From: Nannocystis bainbridge
GTDB taxonomy: Bacteria; Myxococcota_A; Polyangia; Nannocystales; Nannocystaceae
DNA length: 64,000 nt
Assembly: GCF_028368995.1 (NCBI RefSeq)
Contig: NZ_JAQNDL010000002.1
Coordinates: 801,724-865,723, forward strand
Reading direction: 5' to 3'
In this document: positions 39,449 through 47,870 of the stretch, one piece after another
How positions within the stretch are numbered: the first letter of the stretch is position 1
Layout: the number at the start of each line of letters is the position of its first letter
Translations under genes and position numbers: made by a program
The notes under the pieces: model-generated
What the model was told of the DNA's origin: nothing
Databases searched by the model: none
Seen by the model: the letters and a program-made list of their open reading frames with translations, nothing else

Positions 39449-41209
39449 ATGGAGCCCACCGCGATCGCGCAGACGCTGGCGTGGTTGGCCGCGCGGCGCC
39501 GGCTGGGCGCAGGGTTGTTCGCGGCCGCGCTGGTGCTGTACTCGCCGACGCTGGGCGGCGGGCTGGTGCTCGACGATGTCGCGCAGCAGGCGTTCATGCA
39601 GGCCAAGCTGGCGGGCGGCGAGCGCGACAAGCCGTGGTGGGCGCTGTTCCACCTGGTGACGCCGTCGCGCGAGCTGCTGGTCGGTCAGCGCACGGCGGGG
39701 CGCGTGCCGTGGTGGACGGATCCCGAGCTGCGCATCGTGTTCTTCCGCCCGCTCGCCAGCGCCGACGCCTACGTCGACGCGATCGCGTGGCCGCGCACGC
39801 CGTGGTCGATGCACCTGCACGGGCTCGTGCTCTACGCGCTGCTGTGCGCGCTGGTGCTGCGGCTGTATCGCCGGATCGTCGGGCCGGAGGGGCAGGGGAT
39901 CGCGGCGCTGGCGGCGATGATCTTCCTCGTCGATCCGACGCACGCGGCGCCGGTCGCCTGGATCGCGCAGCGCAACGCCGTGATCGCGGCGCTGTTGATG
40001 GTAGCGAGCGTGCTGGCGCACCTGCGCTGGCGCGAGGCGGGCCGAACGCGGTGGTTGTTCGTCGGGCTGGCGTGGTTGCTGGCGGCGCTGCTGGCGGCGG
40101 AGGTCGCGGTGACGGGGCTGGCGCTGGTGATCGCGTACGCGTGGACACTGGATCGGGGCGGGCGCCGGCGCGGGCTGCTCGCGGCGGCGCCCGCTCTCGT
40201 GCTGGTCGCGAGCTACGTGCTCGCGTACGGGGCGCTGGGCTTCGGCGCGCGCGGCTCGGGGGCGTACCTCGATCCGCTGGGCGATCCGTGGCCGTTCCTG
40301 GCGGCGCTGCCGGGGCGCGTGGCCTACCTGATCGCCGCCGCGCTGGCGCTGCCGATGCCGCTGGTGTGGCGCGTGTGGGGCAGCCCGACGCCCGAGGCCT
40401 GGCCGCTGCAGCTGTGCGGGGCGGTGGTTTTTATCTGGCTCTTGCGACATGTCCTCGGGGGCAGGACCGATCCGCGGCTGAGGTTCGCGGCGCTGGCGTT
40501 CTTGCTGGCGCTGGTGCCGATCGCCGCGGCGCCGGCGGACGAGCGCTTGCTGCTGCTGGCGAGCGTGCCGGGGGCGCTGTGGCTGGCGCTGGTGATCATG
40601 GAGTTCGCGCGCTCGGCCCGGCGGACGCTGCGTGCGGTGGCGCTGATGCTGGCGGCGGTGCACGTGGCGCTCGCGCCGGTGGCGTTGATGGTCGCGTTCG
40701 CCGGGCAGGAGGGGCTGAGCTTCGGTGGTTCGGCGCTGCCGCTGGCGCCGACGCTGGCGAACGAGGCGCTCGGGCATCAGACGCTGCTGGTGGTGCAGGC
40801 GCCGACGACGCTGCAAGCGGCGATGCTGCCGCTCGCGCGCGGGCAGGTCGGGCTGTCGGTGCCGCGGTTCTCGTTCGTGCTGAGCAGCAGCGAGGCGCCG
40901 TCGAGGTGGACGCGCACGGGGCCGCGCACGTTCGTGCTCGAGCAACCGGAGGGGCTGCTGCGCGATGCGACGGCGGCGTTCTTCCGCAGCCCGACGGCGC
41001 GGCTGCGGCCGGGCGAGGCGGTGACGACGCTGGCGTTCCGCGCCGAGGTCCTGGCCGTCACGCGCGACGGCTACCCGTCGCAGGTGCGCTTCGAATTCGC
41101 GGCCGATCCGGAGCACCACAGCGTCTGCTTCGCGACCTGGGACGGGCGCGAGTTCGTGGCGCTGCGGCAGCCGACGGTGGGGGAGAGTGTGATGTTGGCC
41201 GGTCGCTGA
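39449..41209 (+). CDS. Polytopic membrane protein resembling GT-C fold glycosyltransferases (PMT/ArnT/GT39/GT83-like)
   Basis: About 11 TM helices in the first 400 aa, with a DD motif in the first extracytoplasmic loop (YSPTLGGGLVLDDVAQQ). A soluble C-terminal domain follows. One repeat-family unit (40445-40468) encodes LRHVLGGRT in a predicted loop. Confidence 0.6.
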   Translation: MEPTAIAQTLAWLAARRRLGAGLFAAALVLYSPTLGGGLVLDDVAQQAFMQAKLAGGERDKPWWALFHLVTPSRELLVGQRTAGRVPWWTDPELRIVFFRPLASADAYVDAIAWPRTPWSMHLHGLVLYALLCALVLRLYRRIVGPEGQGIAALAAMIFLVDPTHAAPVAWIAQRNAVIAALLMVASVLAHLRWREAGRTRWLFVGLAWLLAALLAAEVAVTGLALVIAYAWTLDRGGRRRGLLAAAPALVLVASYVLAYGALGFGARGSGAYLDPLGDPWPFLAALPGRVAYLIAAALALPMPLVWRVWGSPTPEAWPLQLCGAVVFIWLLRHVLGGRTDPRLRFAALAFLLALVPIAAAPADERLLLLASVPGALWLALVIMEFARSARRTLRAVALMLAAVHVALAPVALMVAFAGQEGLSFGGSALPLAPTLANEALGHQTLLVVQAPTTLQAAMLPLARGQVGLSVPRFSFVLSSSEAPSRWTRTGPRTFVLEQPEGLLRDATAAFFRSPTARLRPGEAVTTLAFRAEVLAVTRDGYPSQVRFEFAADPEHHSVCFATWDGREFVALRQPTVGESVMLAGR

Positions 41210-41408
41210 GAGCGCCGAACGAAGCTCCGCGGCGGCGGCGCAGGGCTGCCGGCGCGGAACCGGCCCGCGGGCGCAGGCCCGCGCAGACGGAGGCGACGGC
41301 GGCTGCTTGTCGCCGCGACCACGGCAGCGGTACCGTCAGCGTGGTGGCGCGAGCCACTCCGGCGGGAGCCGGGACCTTCGCCCTGACGGGCAGACACGAG
41401 GGGATGTG

Positions 41409-41924
41409 ATGAACGAGAGGCTGAACCAGCTCGGGCAGGCCGCGCAGCGGCTCAACGAGGGATCCGACCAGCTCAACGCGTTGATCTCGGCGATCGACAA
41501 GGCGCTCGGTCGGTTGATGATCGGGATGGACTACGTGCACCCGCGGCCGCTGCAGGAGTCGATGTCGATCGGCCGCGACGGCAAGCGAGTGATCGAGCTC
41601 GGGTTCCTCGGCTACCTCCGCGTCCAGGGCGAGTACCACCTCGTCATCAAGACGGTGAAGATCCTCGAGTCGAAGATCGCGCTGGCCTCGGAGACGCCGG
41701 GCAACGTGATCCCGCTGCTGCAGGCGCCGCGCGTGCTCCGACACGCCGCCGTCGACCTGTTCCCCGAGCTGATCCAGGTGCTCTCGAATCAGGTCGGCGA
41801 CCTGGTGGCGCAGATGGAGCGCCGCTGCACCACCGCGAAGGGCCTGCTCGAGCAGCTCGAGGGCCTGGAGGCCCAGATCTCGGCCGTCCGCGAGACGCTG
41901 AGCGCGGAGGCGGCGGGCTCCTGA
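41409..41924 (+). CDS. Hypothetical protein (171 aa)
   Basis: The ATG is preceded by gaggggatgtg. The sequence is non-biased and helical-looking (LNALISAIDKALGRLMIGMDYVHPRPLQESMS). The track ORF start at 41307 lies in low-complexity sequence. Confidence 0.55.
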   Translation: MNERLNQLGQAAQRLNEGSDQLNALISAIDKALGRLMIGMDYVHPRPLQESMSIGRDGKRVIELGFLGYLRVQGEYHLVIKTVKILESKIALASETPGNVIPLLQAPRVLRHAAVDLFPELIQVLSNQVGDLVAQMERRCTTAKGLLEQLEGLEAQISAVRETLSAEAAGS

Positions 41925-41991
41925 AGCCATCAGGGGGCCGCTGCGCGGCTGTCCTCGCCGAAAGCGGGCGAAGCGTGCTATAGGCGCCGCG

Positions 41992-44037
41992 ATGCCGCGT
42001 CGCGTCCTCGTCACCGCCGCCCTCCCGTACGCCAACGGTTCGCCCCACCTCGGGCACCTGCTCGAGTACATCCAGACCGACGTCCACGTGCGGGCGCGCC
42101 GGCTCGCCGGCGAGGACGTGATCTTCATGTGGGCGGTCGACACCCACGGCACGCCGATCGAGCTGCGGGCCCGGCGTGAGGGCATCGACCCGGCCGAGCT
42201 GGTGACGCGCATGCACGCCGAGCACGAGCAGGTCTATCGCGACTTCGGCATCGAGCCCGACATCTTCTACACCACGCACTCGGACGAGACCCGCAAGCAC
42301 GCCGAGTTCATCTACGAGAAGATGCAGGCCGCCGGGCAGATCGAGAAGCGCAGCACCCGGCAGCTCTACTGTCCCAAAGACCAGATGTTCCTGCCGGACC
42401 GGTTCGTCAAGGGGACGTGCCCGTACTGCAGCTCGGCCGACCAGTACGGCGACGTCTGCGAGAAGTGTGGCCACACGTACAACCCGACCGAGCTCAAGGA
42501 GCCGCACTGTGCGATCTGCGGGACGACCCCGGAGCTGCGCGACTCGGAGCACCTGTTCGTGTCGCTCGGCCGCTTCGAGGGCTTCCTGCGCGAGTGGCTC
42601 AATGCCACCAAGCTGCAGCCGGCGGTCCGCAACTACGTGATGCGGTGGGTCGACGACGGCCTGCGCGACTGGGACATCTCGCGCGACGCGCCCTACTTCG
42701 GGTTCTCGATCCCCGGCTACGAGGGCAAGAAGTTCTTCTACGTGTGGTTCGACGCGCCGGTCGGCTACATCGGCGCGACCCAGAAGTGGTGCGACGAGCA
42801 CCCCGAGCGGGCCGCGTTCGCGTCGTACTGGCACGCCGATCAGAGCCAGGATACCGAGATCGTCCACGTCATCGGCAAGGACATCGTCTACTTCCACACG
42901 CTGTTCTGGCCGGCGATGCTGCACGCGGCCGGCTACACCACGCCGACGCGGATCAACGTGCACGGGTGGCTGACGGTCAACGGCGAGAAGATGTCGAAGG
43001 CCCGCGGGACGTTCATCCTGGCCCGCACGTACCTCGACCACCTGCCGGCCGACTACCTCCGCTACTACTTCGCGGCCAAGCTCGGGCCGGAGCAGGACGA
43101 CATCAACCTCGACATGGCGGACTTCCGCGCCCGCGTGAACGCCGACCTGGTCGACAAGGCGGCCAACGTCGCCAGCCGCTGTCACAAGTTCATCGTCGGT
43201 CGGCTCGAAGGCAAGCTCGGCCCGATCCCCGACGACGCGCTGCCGCTGATCGAGCGGGCCCGCGAGCGCCTGGCCCAGGTGCCGGGGCTGTTCGCCGAGT
43301 TCGAGTCGGCCAAGGCGCTGCGCCTGGCGATCGAGATCGCCGAGGAGTTCAACGGCTACATCACGGTGCAGGAGCCGTGGAAGGTGATCGCCAAGGACCC
43401 CGAGCGCGCGCGGGCGGTCTGCACCGCGGGCATGTGGGCGAGCAAGGTGATCGCGGCGATCCTCAAGCCGGTGCTGCCGAAGTGGGCGGCGGTGATGGAG
43501 GAGGGCCTGCAGCTGCCGGCGCCGCTCGACTTCGTCAACGCGATCGAGCCGCTGCCGGAGGGGCTGGTGATGGGGGCGTACGTGACGCTGGCGGAGCGCA
43601 TCGACCCCAAGACGCTCGAGGCGATCATCGAGGCCAGCAAGGAGACGATGGGCGGCGCGGCCCCGGCCGCTCCGGAGACCCCGGCGTACACGGTCGAGCC
43701 GCTGGCGGCCGAGTCCAGCATCGAGGCGTTCTCGCCGGTCGACCTCCGCGTCGGCAAGGTGCTGGCGGCGGCGCGCGTGAAGGGCTCCGACAAGCTGCTG
43801 CAGCTGACGATCGACCTCGGGCCGCTCGGTCAGCGCAACATCTTCAGCGGCATCGCCCCGTCGTACGCGCCGGAGCAGATGGTCGGCAAGCACGTGGTGG
43901 TGTTCGCCAACCTGAAGCCGCGCAAGATGCGGTTCGGCGTCAGCGAGGGCATGGTGCTCGCGTCGGGAGCGAAGGACGACGCGATCACGGTGCTCGAGCT
44001 CGACCCGCGCAGCCTGCCGGGCGAGAAGATCAGCTGA
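41992..44037 (+). CDS. metG: Methionine--tRNA ligase (with a C-terminal tRNA-binding, EMAP-like domain)
   Basis: HIGH motif as PYANGSPHLGHLLEY. The zinc knuckle is CPYCSSADQYGDVCEKCGH...CAICG. KMSKS is present. The C-terminal VDLRVGKVLAAARVKGSDKLLQLTIDLG is the Trbp111/EMAP tRNA-binding domain. Confidence 0.97.
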   Translation: MPRRVLVTAALPYANGSPHLGHLLEYIQTDVHVRARRLAGEDVIFMWAVDTHGTPIELRARREGIDPAELVTRMHAEHEQVYRDFGIEPDIFYTTHSDETRKHAEFIYEKMQAAGQIEKRSTRQLYCPKDQMFLPDRFVKGTCPYCSSADQYGDVCEKCGHTYNPTELKEPHCAICGTTPELRDSEHLFVSLGRFEGFLREWLNATKLQPAVRNYVMRWVDDGLRDWDISRDAPYFGFSIPGYEGKKFFYVWFDAPVGYIGATQKWCDEHPERAAFASYWHADQSQDTEIVHVIGKDIVYFHTLFWPAMLHAAGYTTPTRINVHGWLTVNGEKMSKARGTFILARTYLDHLPADYLRYYFAAKLGPEQDDINLDMADFRARVNADLVDKAANVASRCHKFIVGRLEGKLGPIPDDALPLIERARERLAQVPGLFAEFESAKALRLAIEIAEEFNGYITVQEPWKVIAKDPERARAVCTAGMWASKVIAAILKPVLPKWAAVMEEGLQLPAPLDFVNAIEPLPEGLVMGAYVTLAERIDPKTLEAIIEASKETMGGAAPAAPETPAYTVEPLAAESSIEAFSPVDLRVGKVLAAARVKGSDKLLQLTIDLGPLGQRNIFSGIAPSYAPEQMVGKHVVVFANLKPRKMRFGVSEGMVLASGAKDDAITVLELDPRSLPGEKIS

Positions 44038-44243
44038 GAGGCGACGGCCGAGAGCGGCATCGACGAAGGTCGGTGCCGCTCGCTCACGCTGTGAGCGAAT
44101 CACATGTCCCGAGAGGCAGCTCGCCGGGCGAGGAGAGCAGGCCGGAGCATCGCCGTCGGGATACGGCATCTGCGAAGGCGGGGTGCCGCTCGCGCGCGCT
44201 CGCGGGCAGAAGGGCGTGAGCGACTCGCGGTCTCAGGCGCGGG

Positions 44244-44633
44244 TCACGAGTAGCCGCCCCAGCAGAAATCGAGCACGCGGCCGAGGCCGTTGGCCTCGCA
44301 GAAGTTGTGCGCGGCCGGGTCACAGGCGCCGTTGTCGAGCAGGCCGAGGTCCCAGCGGCGCACGCCGGAGCCGCTGCACTGGACCAGGCAGACGTCGTCG
44401 TTGTCGACGCGGGCGCACTCGGTGTCGCCGCACGCGTGACACTGCGGGGCCGGCAGCAGGGCGGCGTCGCCGAGCGCGGCCAGGCGGCGGGCCGGCAGCT
44501 GGGCGGCCGACTTCGGTTCGGGGGTGTGGATGATGGGGCCGTCCGGATCGGTGGGCCCGGGGCCGGGCGTACAGCCGCCGATCCAGGAGACCGCCACGAT
44601 CCAGACGATGAGGCGGGGAGGCGGGGTTCGCAT
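44244..44633 (-). CDS. Small Cys-rich lipoprotein, hypothetical
   Basis: MRTPPPRLIVWIVAVSWIGGC has the lipobox WIGGC. Eight Cys residues follow in about 100 aa. The track ORF extension to 44777 crosses a repeat unit and is rejected. Confidence 0.55.
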   Translation of the reverse strand: MRTPPPRLIVWIVAVSWIGGCTPGPGPTDPDGPIIHTPEPKSAAQLPARRLAALGDAALLPAPQCHACGDTECARVDNDDVCLVQCSGSGVRRWDLGLLDNGACDPAAHNFCEANGLGRVLDFCWGGYS

Positions 44634-44720
44634 GGGGATTCCTCCGCCGGGAGTTGTGATCCGGGTCCGGCGGGCGAACAAGTCAAAAGGTCGTATCGCG
44701 CGCGCTGCGCCCGCTGGGCC

Positions 44721-44765
44721 TGGCTTTAAATGCATGTGCGATCGGACATGTCCCGAAGGACCTGG
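44721..44765. repeat. GGACATGTCC-family unit embedded in an 11-bp inverted repeat (tgtgcgatcgg / ccgatcgcaca)
   Basis: tgtgcgatcggacatgtcccgaaggacctggccgatcgcaca lies downstream of the HTH gene stop (44793) and upstream of the lipoprotein start (44633). Confidence 0.7.
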
Positions 44766-44792
44766 CCGATCGCACATCCGCGCGGACGCCGT

Positions 44793-45599
44793 TCAGTTGA
44801 CCGAGACCGCCGGGGTGCCGCCGAAGAAGCGCTCCTCGAGGGCGGCCAGGCGGGAGCCGACGCGGCCCTCGCCGGCGATCCCGCGCAGGCGCGAGAACAC
44901 GCGGGCTGCGGTCCGCTCGGCCAGGCCGCGCACGCGGTAGCGCCAGCTCGAGCGCTCGGCGGCGCTGCCGATCAGGACCTGCAGCGAGCCGAGCAGCTCG
45001 TGCTCGACGCGATCGACGAGCGGGGTCAGGTCGGGCTTGTCGTGGGTGACGTTGAAGTGGATGAGGTCGGTCAGGGCGGCGCACACCTGGGTGCGGGCGG
45101 CCCGGAACCGCTCGGGCTGGTCGCCGAGGTCGGCGTGGATGCCGTCGGCCAGCGCCTGGATGAAGCCGCGCAGGTTCTGCTCGGCGTCGCGGAGGTGGGG
45201 GGCGTCGCGGAGGTCGCGGCGGAGCTCGCCGAGCTCGGCCAGCAGGTCGGCCGCGATGTGGAAGCTGTCGAGGGCGCGCACCGAGGGGGTGCCCGGCGGC
45301 AAGGCGCGGTCGAAGCGGAGCCGCGGGCGCTTGGCCGAGACCTCGGCGTCGCTGTCGCCGTCGTCGAAGTGGTCCTCCTGGGCGTCGGTCGCCTGGGCCT
45401 CGGCCTCGGCCTCGGCGCCCTCGGCCGCGACCTCGTCGTCGCCGTGGCCGCTGTACTTGCCCGACATGAGGTCGTCGCGGTCGATGAGCCAGCGCGAGCC
45501 GACGCGGCGGGCGGGCAGGCGCCCAGTCTGGGCCATGTGCCGCACGGTGCGCTCGCTCTTGCCGAGCAGATCGGCGGCGTCCTTGATCGAGATCTCCAT
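44793..45599 (-). CDS. Helix-turn-helix DNA-binding protein (excisionase/MerR-superfamily-type HTH) with a long acidic C-terminal domain
   Basis: GGAGGA lies 5 nt upstream of the ATG. MEISIKDAADLLGKSERTVRHMAQTGRLPARRVGSRWLIDRDDL matches the excisionase-family HTH. An acidic stretch EAEAEAQATDAQEDHFDDGDSD is present. About 220 aa are of unknown function. Confidence 0.7.
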   Translation of the reverse strand: MEISIKDAADLLGKSERTVRHMAQTGRLPARRVGSRWLIDRDDLMSGKYSGHGDDEVAAEGAEAEAEAQATDAQEDHFDDGDSDAEVSAKRPRLRFDRALPPGTPSVRALDSFHIAADLLAELGELRRDLRDAPHLRDAEQNLRGFIQALADGIHADLGDQPERFRAARTQVCAALTDLIHFNVTHDKPDLTPLVDRVEHELLGSLQVLIGSAAERSSWRYRVRGLAERTAARVFSRLRGIAGEGRVGSRLAALEERFFGGTPAVSVN

Positions 45600-45634
45600 A
45601 GAGGTCCTCCTGTGTGCCGGCACTCTAACCGAAG

Positions 45635-45670
45635 TCGGATCAGGCGCCGCAAAAACGGCAAAAACTTTGC
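45635..45670. promoter_or_regulatory. Nested perfect palindromes in the divergent promoter region between the HTH gene and the BtuF-like gene (candidate operator)
   Basis: The sequence is gccgcaaaaacggcaaaaactttgccggttgcggc. The inner palindrome is cggcaaa-aac-tttgccg and the outer arms are gccgcaa / ttgcggc. It lies 36 bp upstream of the HTH gene ATG, in an A/T-enriched stretch. Confidence 0.45.
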
Positions 45671-45760
45671 CGGTTGCGGCAGCGACCCTTGCCGTTTCTG
45701 GATCCAGCGGCCAGTCTCCCGACCGTGCGAAAGCCGGAGCATCAGTGGGAGACGCGCTGT

Positions 45761-46822
45761 TTCGTGGCCGTCCGGGCGCCGTCGGTGCCGCCGCCACACG
45801 CGGCCGAAGAAGGGGTGCAGGCGTTCGAGCTGCGGCCGCGTGACGGCGGGGCCGCGCAAGTCGCGGTGTTCTCGCTGGGTCGGCAGACGCTGCCCCGGGC
45901 CGCGGTCGAGGCGGACCCGGACCTGCTCCACGCGGCCCGCGCCTGGCTGGCGGCGCGGGGCTCCCGGCAGCTTCAAGCAGTGGATGAAGCAGGCAGGCTC
46001 ATCGCCTCGGAACGATTCAATTTGTCGGATCTCGGTTCCCGTGCGAGCGAGGCTGTCCGTAAGGTCATCACGCTGGCGCCCTCGAACGCCGAGCTGGTGG
46101 CGAGCCTGGGCTGCTTCGAGCGCGTGATCGCGTGCGAGGACTCGTCGGACTCGCCGCCGGAGACGGCGAACTGCGAGCGGCTGGGCCCGGACCTCGGGCC
46201 GGATCTGGACCGCGTGGCCGAGCTACGACCTGACCTTGTGTTCAGCTCGCTCTCGGTGCCGGGGATGGAGCGGATCGTCACCGGGCTGCGCGCGCGAGGG
46301 GTGCCGCAGCGGGTGCTGGCGCCGCGCTCGGTGGCCGACGTGATGGCGGAGGTGCGGCTGGCGGGGGCGGACCTGGCGGTGCCAGACCGCGCCGAAGCAG
46401 TGGTGGCGGCGATGGAGGCGGAGGCGGCGGCGCTGCGCGAGGCCCGGCCGCCGCGCGCGGCGAGGGTCTATCTCGAGTGGTGGCCGCGGCCGATGTTCAC
46501 GCCGGGGGCGGCGTGCTTCAGCAACAACCTCATCGAGCTGGCGGGGGGGATCAATGTGTTCGCCGATCGCCCGGGCGCGAGCGTGGAGATCACGGCGGCG
46601 GAGCTGGTGGCTGCCGACCCGGATATCTGCTTCGTGTCGTGGTGCGGCGTGGCGGTGGAGAAGCTGGACCCGGACAACTTGATCCGTCGCCCGGGGCTCG
46701 AGGAACTGCGAGCGGCTCGCGCCGGTCGAGTGGTCCGCCTCGACGAACGCTACTCGGGTCGACCAGGGCCGCTCATGCTCGAGGCGGCTCGCATCATGGC
46801 GCGCGCGATCGCCAGTCTGTGA
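45761..46822 (+). CDS. BtuF/TroA-fold (cluster A-2-like) substrate-binding-protein homolog with no signal peptide and no adjacent ABC transporter genes
   Basis: RKVITLAPSNAELVASLGCFERVIACEDSSD, DLDRVAELRPDLVFSS and ADPDICFVSWCG are colinear with cobalamin/iron-siderophore binding proteins. The N-terminal ~110 aa are unrelated and no signal peptide is present. The start is uncertain: the track TTG at 45674 lies inside the operator palindrome, and GTG at 45761 is preceded by gggaga. Confidence 0.55.
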   Translation, partial: FVAVRAPSVPPPHAAEEGVQAFELRPRDGGAAQVAVFSLGRQTLPRAAVEADPDLLHAARAWLAARGSRQLQAVDEAGRLIASERFNLSDLGSRASEAVRKVITLAPSNAELVASLGCFERVIACEDSSDSPPETANCERLGPDLGPDLDRVAELRPDLVFSSLSVPGMERIVTGLRARGVPQRVLAPRSVADVMAEVRLAGADLAVPDRAEAVVAAMEAEAAALREARPPRAARVYLEWWPRPMFTPGAACFSNNLIELAGGINVFADRPGASVEITAAELVAADPDICFVSWCGVAVEKLDPDNLIRRPGLEELRAARAGRVVRLDERYSGRPGPLMLEAARIMARAIASL

Positions 46823-46876
46823 TCGCGGCGCGCCGATTTTTTGCGGCGGCGATCGAGGTGTGTAAAGGCTGCACCC

Positions 46877-47164
46877 ATGGTGTCGCTCGAACCGCAGGTC
46901 GCTCGCCTCGTCGATGAACTCGCGCAGTACCACGGCCATCGCACGCTCTGGCTCGATCGCCGCGGATACCTGTGCCACTCCGAACCGGAAGATGATTTCG
47001 AAGACATCGGCTACCAGTACGTGGCGACGCTGATGCAGCCGACCGGCGAGGTGCTTCGCTCGACGATCATGCACTTCGCGGCGCGACGCGCGGCGCGCGT
47101 GGGCGCTTGCCCGGTCCCGGGGGCGTTCCACATGCACCCGGTGCCGGTGCTGATGGCGATCTGA
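46877..47164 (+). CDS. Small hypothetical protein (95 aa)
   Basis: MVSLEPQVARLVDELAQYHGHRTLWLDRRGYLCHSEPEDDFEDIGYQY has a non-biased composition. Its stop codon overlaps a hairpin, tgaccttcgggtca. Confidence 0.4.
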   Translation: MVSLEPQVARLVDELAQYHGHRTLWLDRRGYLCHSEPEDDFEDIGYQYVATLMQPTGEVLRSTIMHFAARRAARVGACPVPGAFHMHPVPVLMAI

Positions 47165-47597
47165 CCTTCGGGTCAGGTGGGGCGCCGTGCTGGCGCTCCG
47201 GTGGATGGATATAGGAGCCAGCTGGATGGACATGGTCTTTGGGCCATGTTCGTTCTTTTGCTCGATGAGCCGGTCGGCGAGGGCGGGGGCTTCGCGAATT
47301 GCCGACTGCGCCTCGCGGGGGGTCCGGGGAAGGGTCGGCGACGAGTTCAGCGTCTGGATGGACGCTCGTTCCTCGCGGCCATCCTGCCTCGTATTCGTCG
47401 CCGACCCTTCCCCGAACCCCTGCACGGCTGCAGCCGTGAGAGGCCGACCCGGCGCCCGGGCTTCGGCTGGGATGTCCTCCGGGACAGGTGTGTCGGCGCC
47501 TGTTCGACGGCCAGGGCTGGCCGCCGAACAGACGCTTTCTCGCGGGGGTCCTGCGCCGTGTCTCGATGCGCGGAGAGGCTCGGCGGTCCGCGGCGGT

Positions 47598-47818
47598 GTG
47601 AGCGTCGAGCTTCTCGGACGCGCTCCCTGTTCGAGCAAACCGAGGACGGCGTTCACGCCGCGCTGTGGGCTCGCTCGAGTGCACGGCGTCACGACGGGTG
47701 AGAGCTTCTCGGACGCGCTCCCTGTTCGAGCAAACCGAGGACGAAGCTCACGCCGCGCGGTGGGCTCGCTCGAGTGCACGGCGTCACGACGGGTGAGAGC
47801 TTCTCGCTCACGAGCGCC
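47598..47818. repeat. Tandem direct repeat, ~98 bp unit x 2.3 copies, in a ~700 bp non-coding region
   Basis: Copy 1 (47598-47697) and copy 2 (47698-47792) are about 94% identical, and a truncated third copy lies at 47793-47818. The unit begins gtgag(c/a)g(tc)gagcttctcggacgcgctccctgttcgagcaaaccgaggacg and ends ggctcgctcgagtgcacggcgtcacgacgg. Confidence 0.85.
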
Positions 47819-47870
47819 GTGGAGACGTCGGGGCGGGAGGTCGGCGTGGGCGCCGAGGCTGGCTTTTGGG

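Noticed and set aside
45700-46000. Cobalamin riboswitch upstream of the BtuF-like gene
   Set aside because: I looked for the B12 box (CAGGAGACCTGCC-like) and a GCCACTG element. Only weak partial resemblances were seen, such as ggcagacgctgcc. The region also reads as plausible protein sequence with high GC3 in part. An Infernal scan is needed to settle this.
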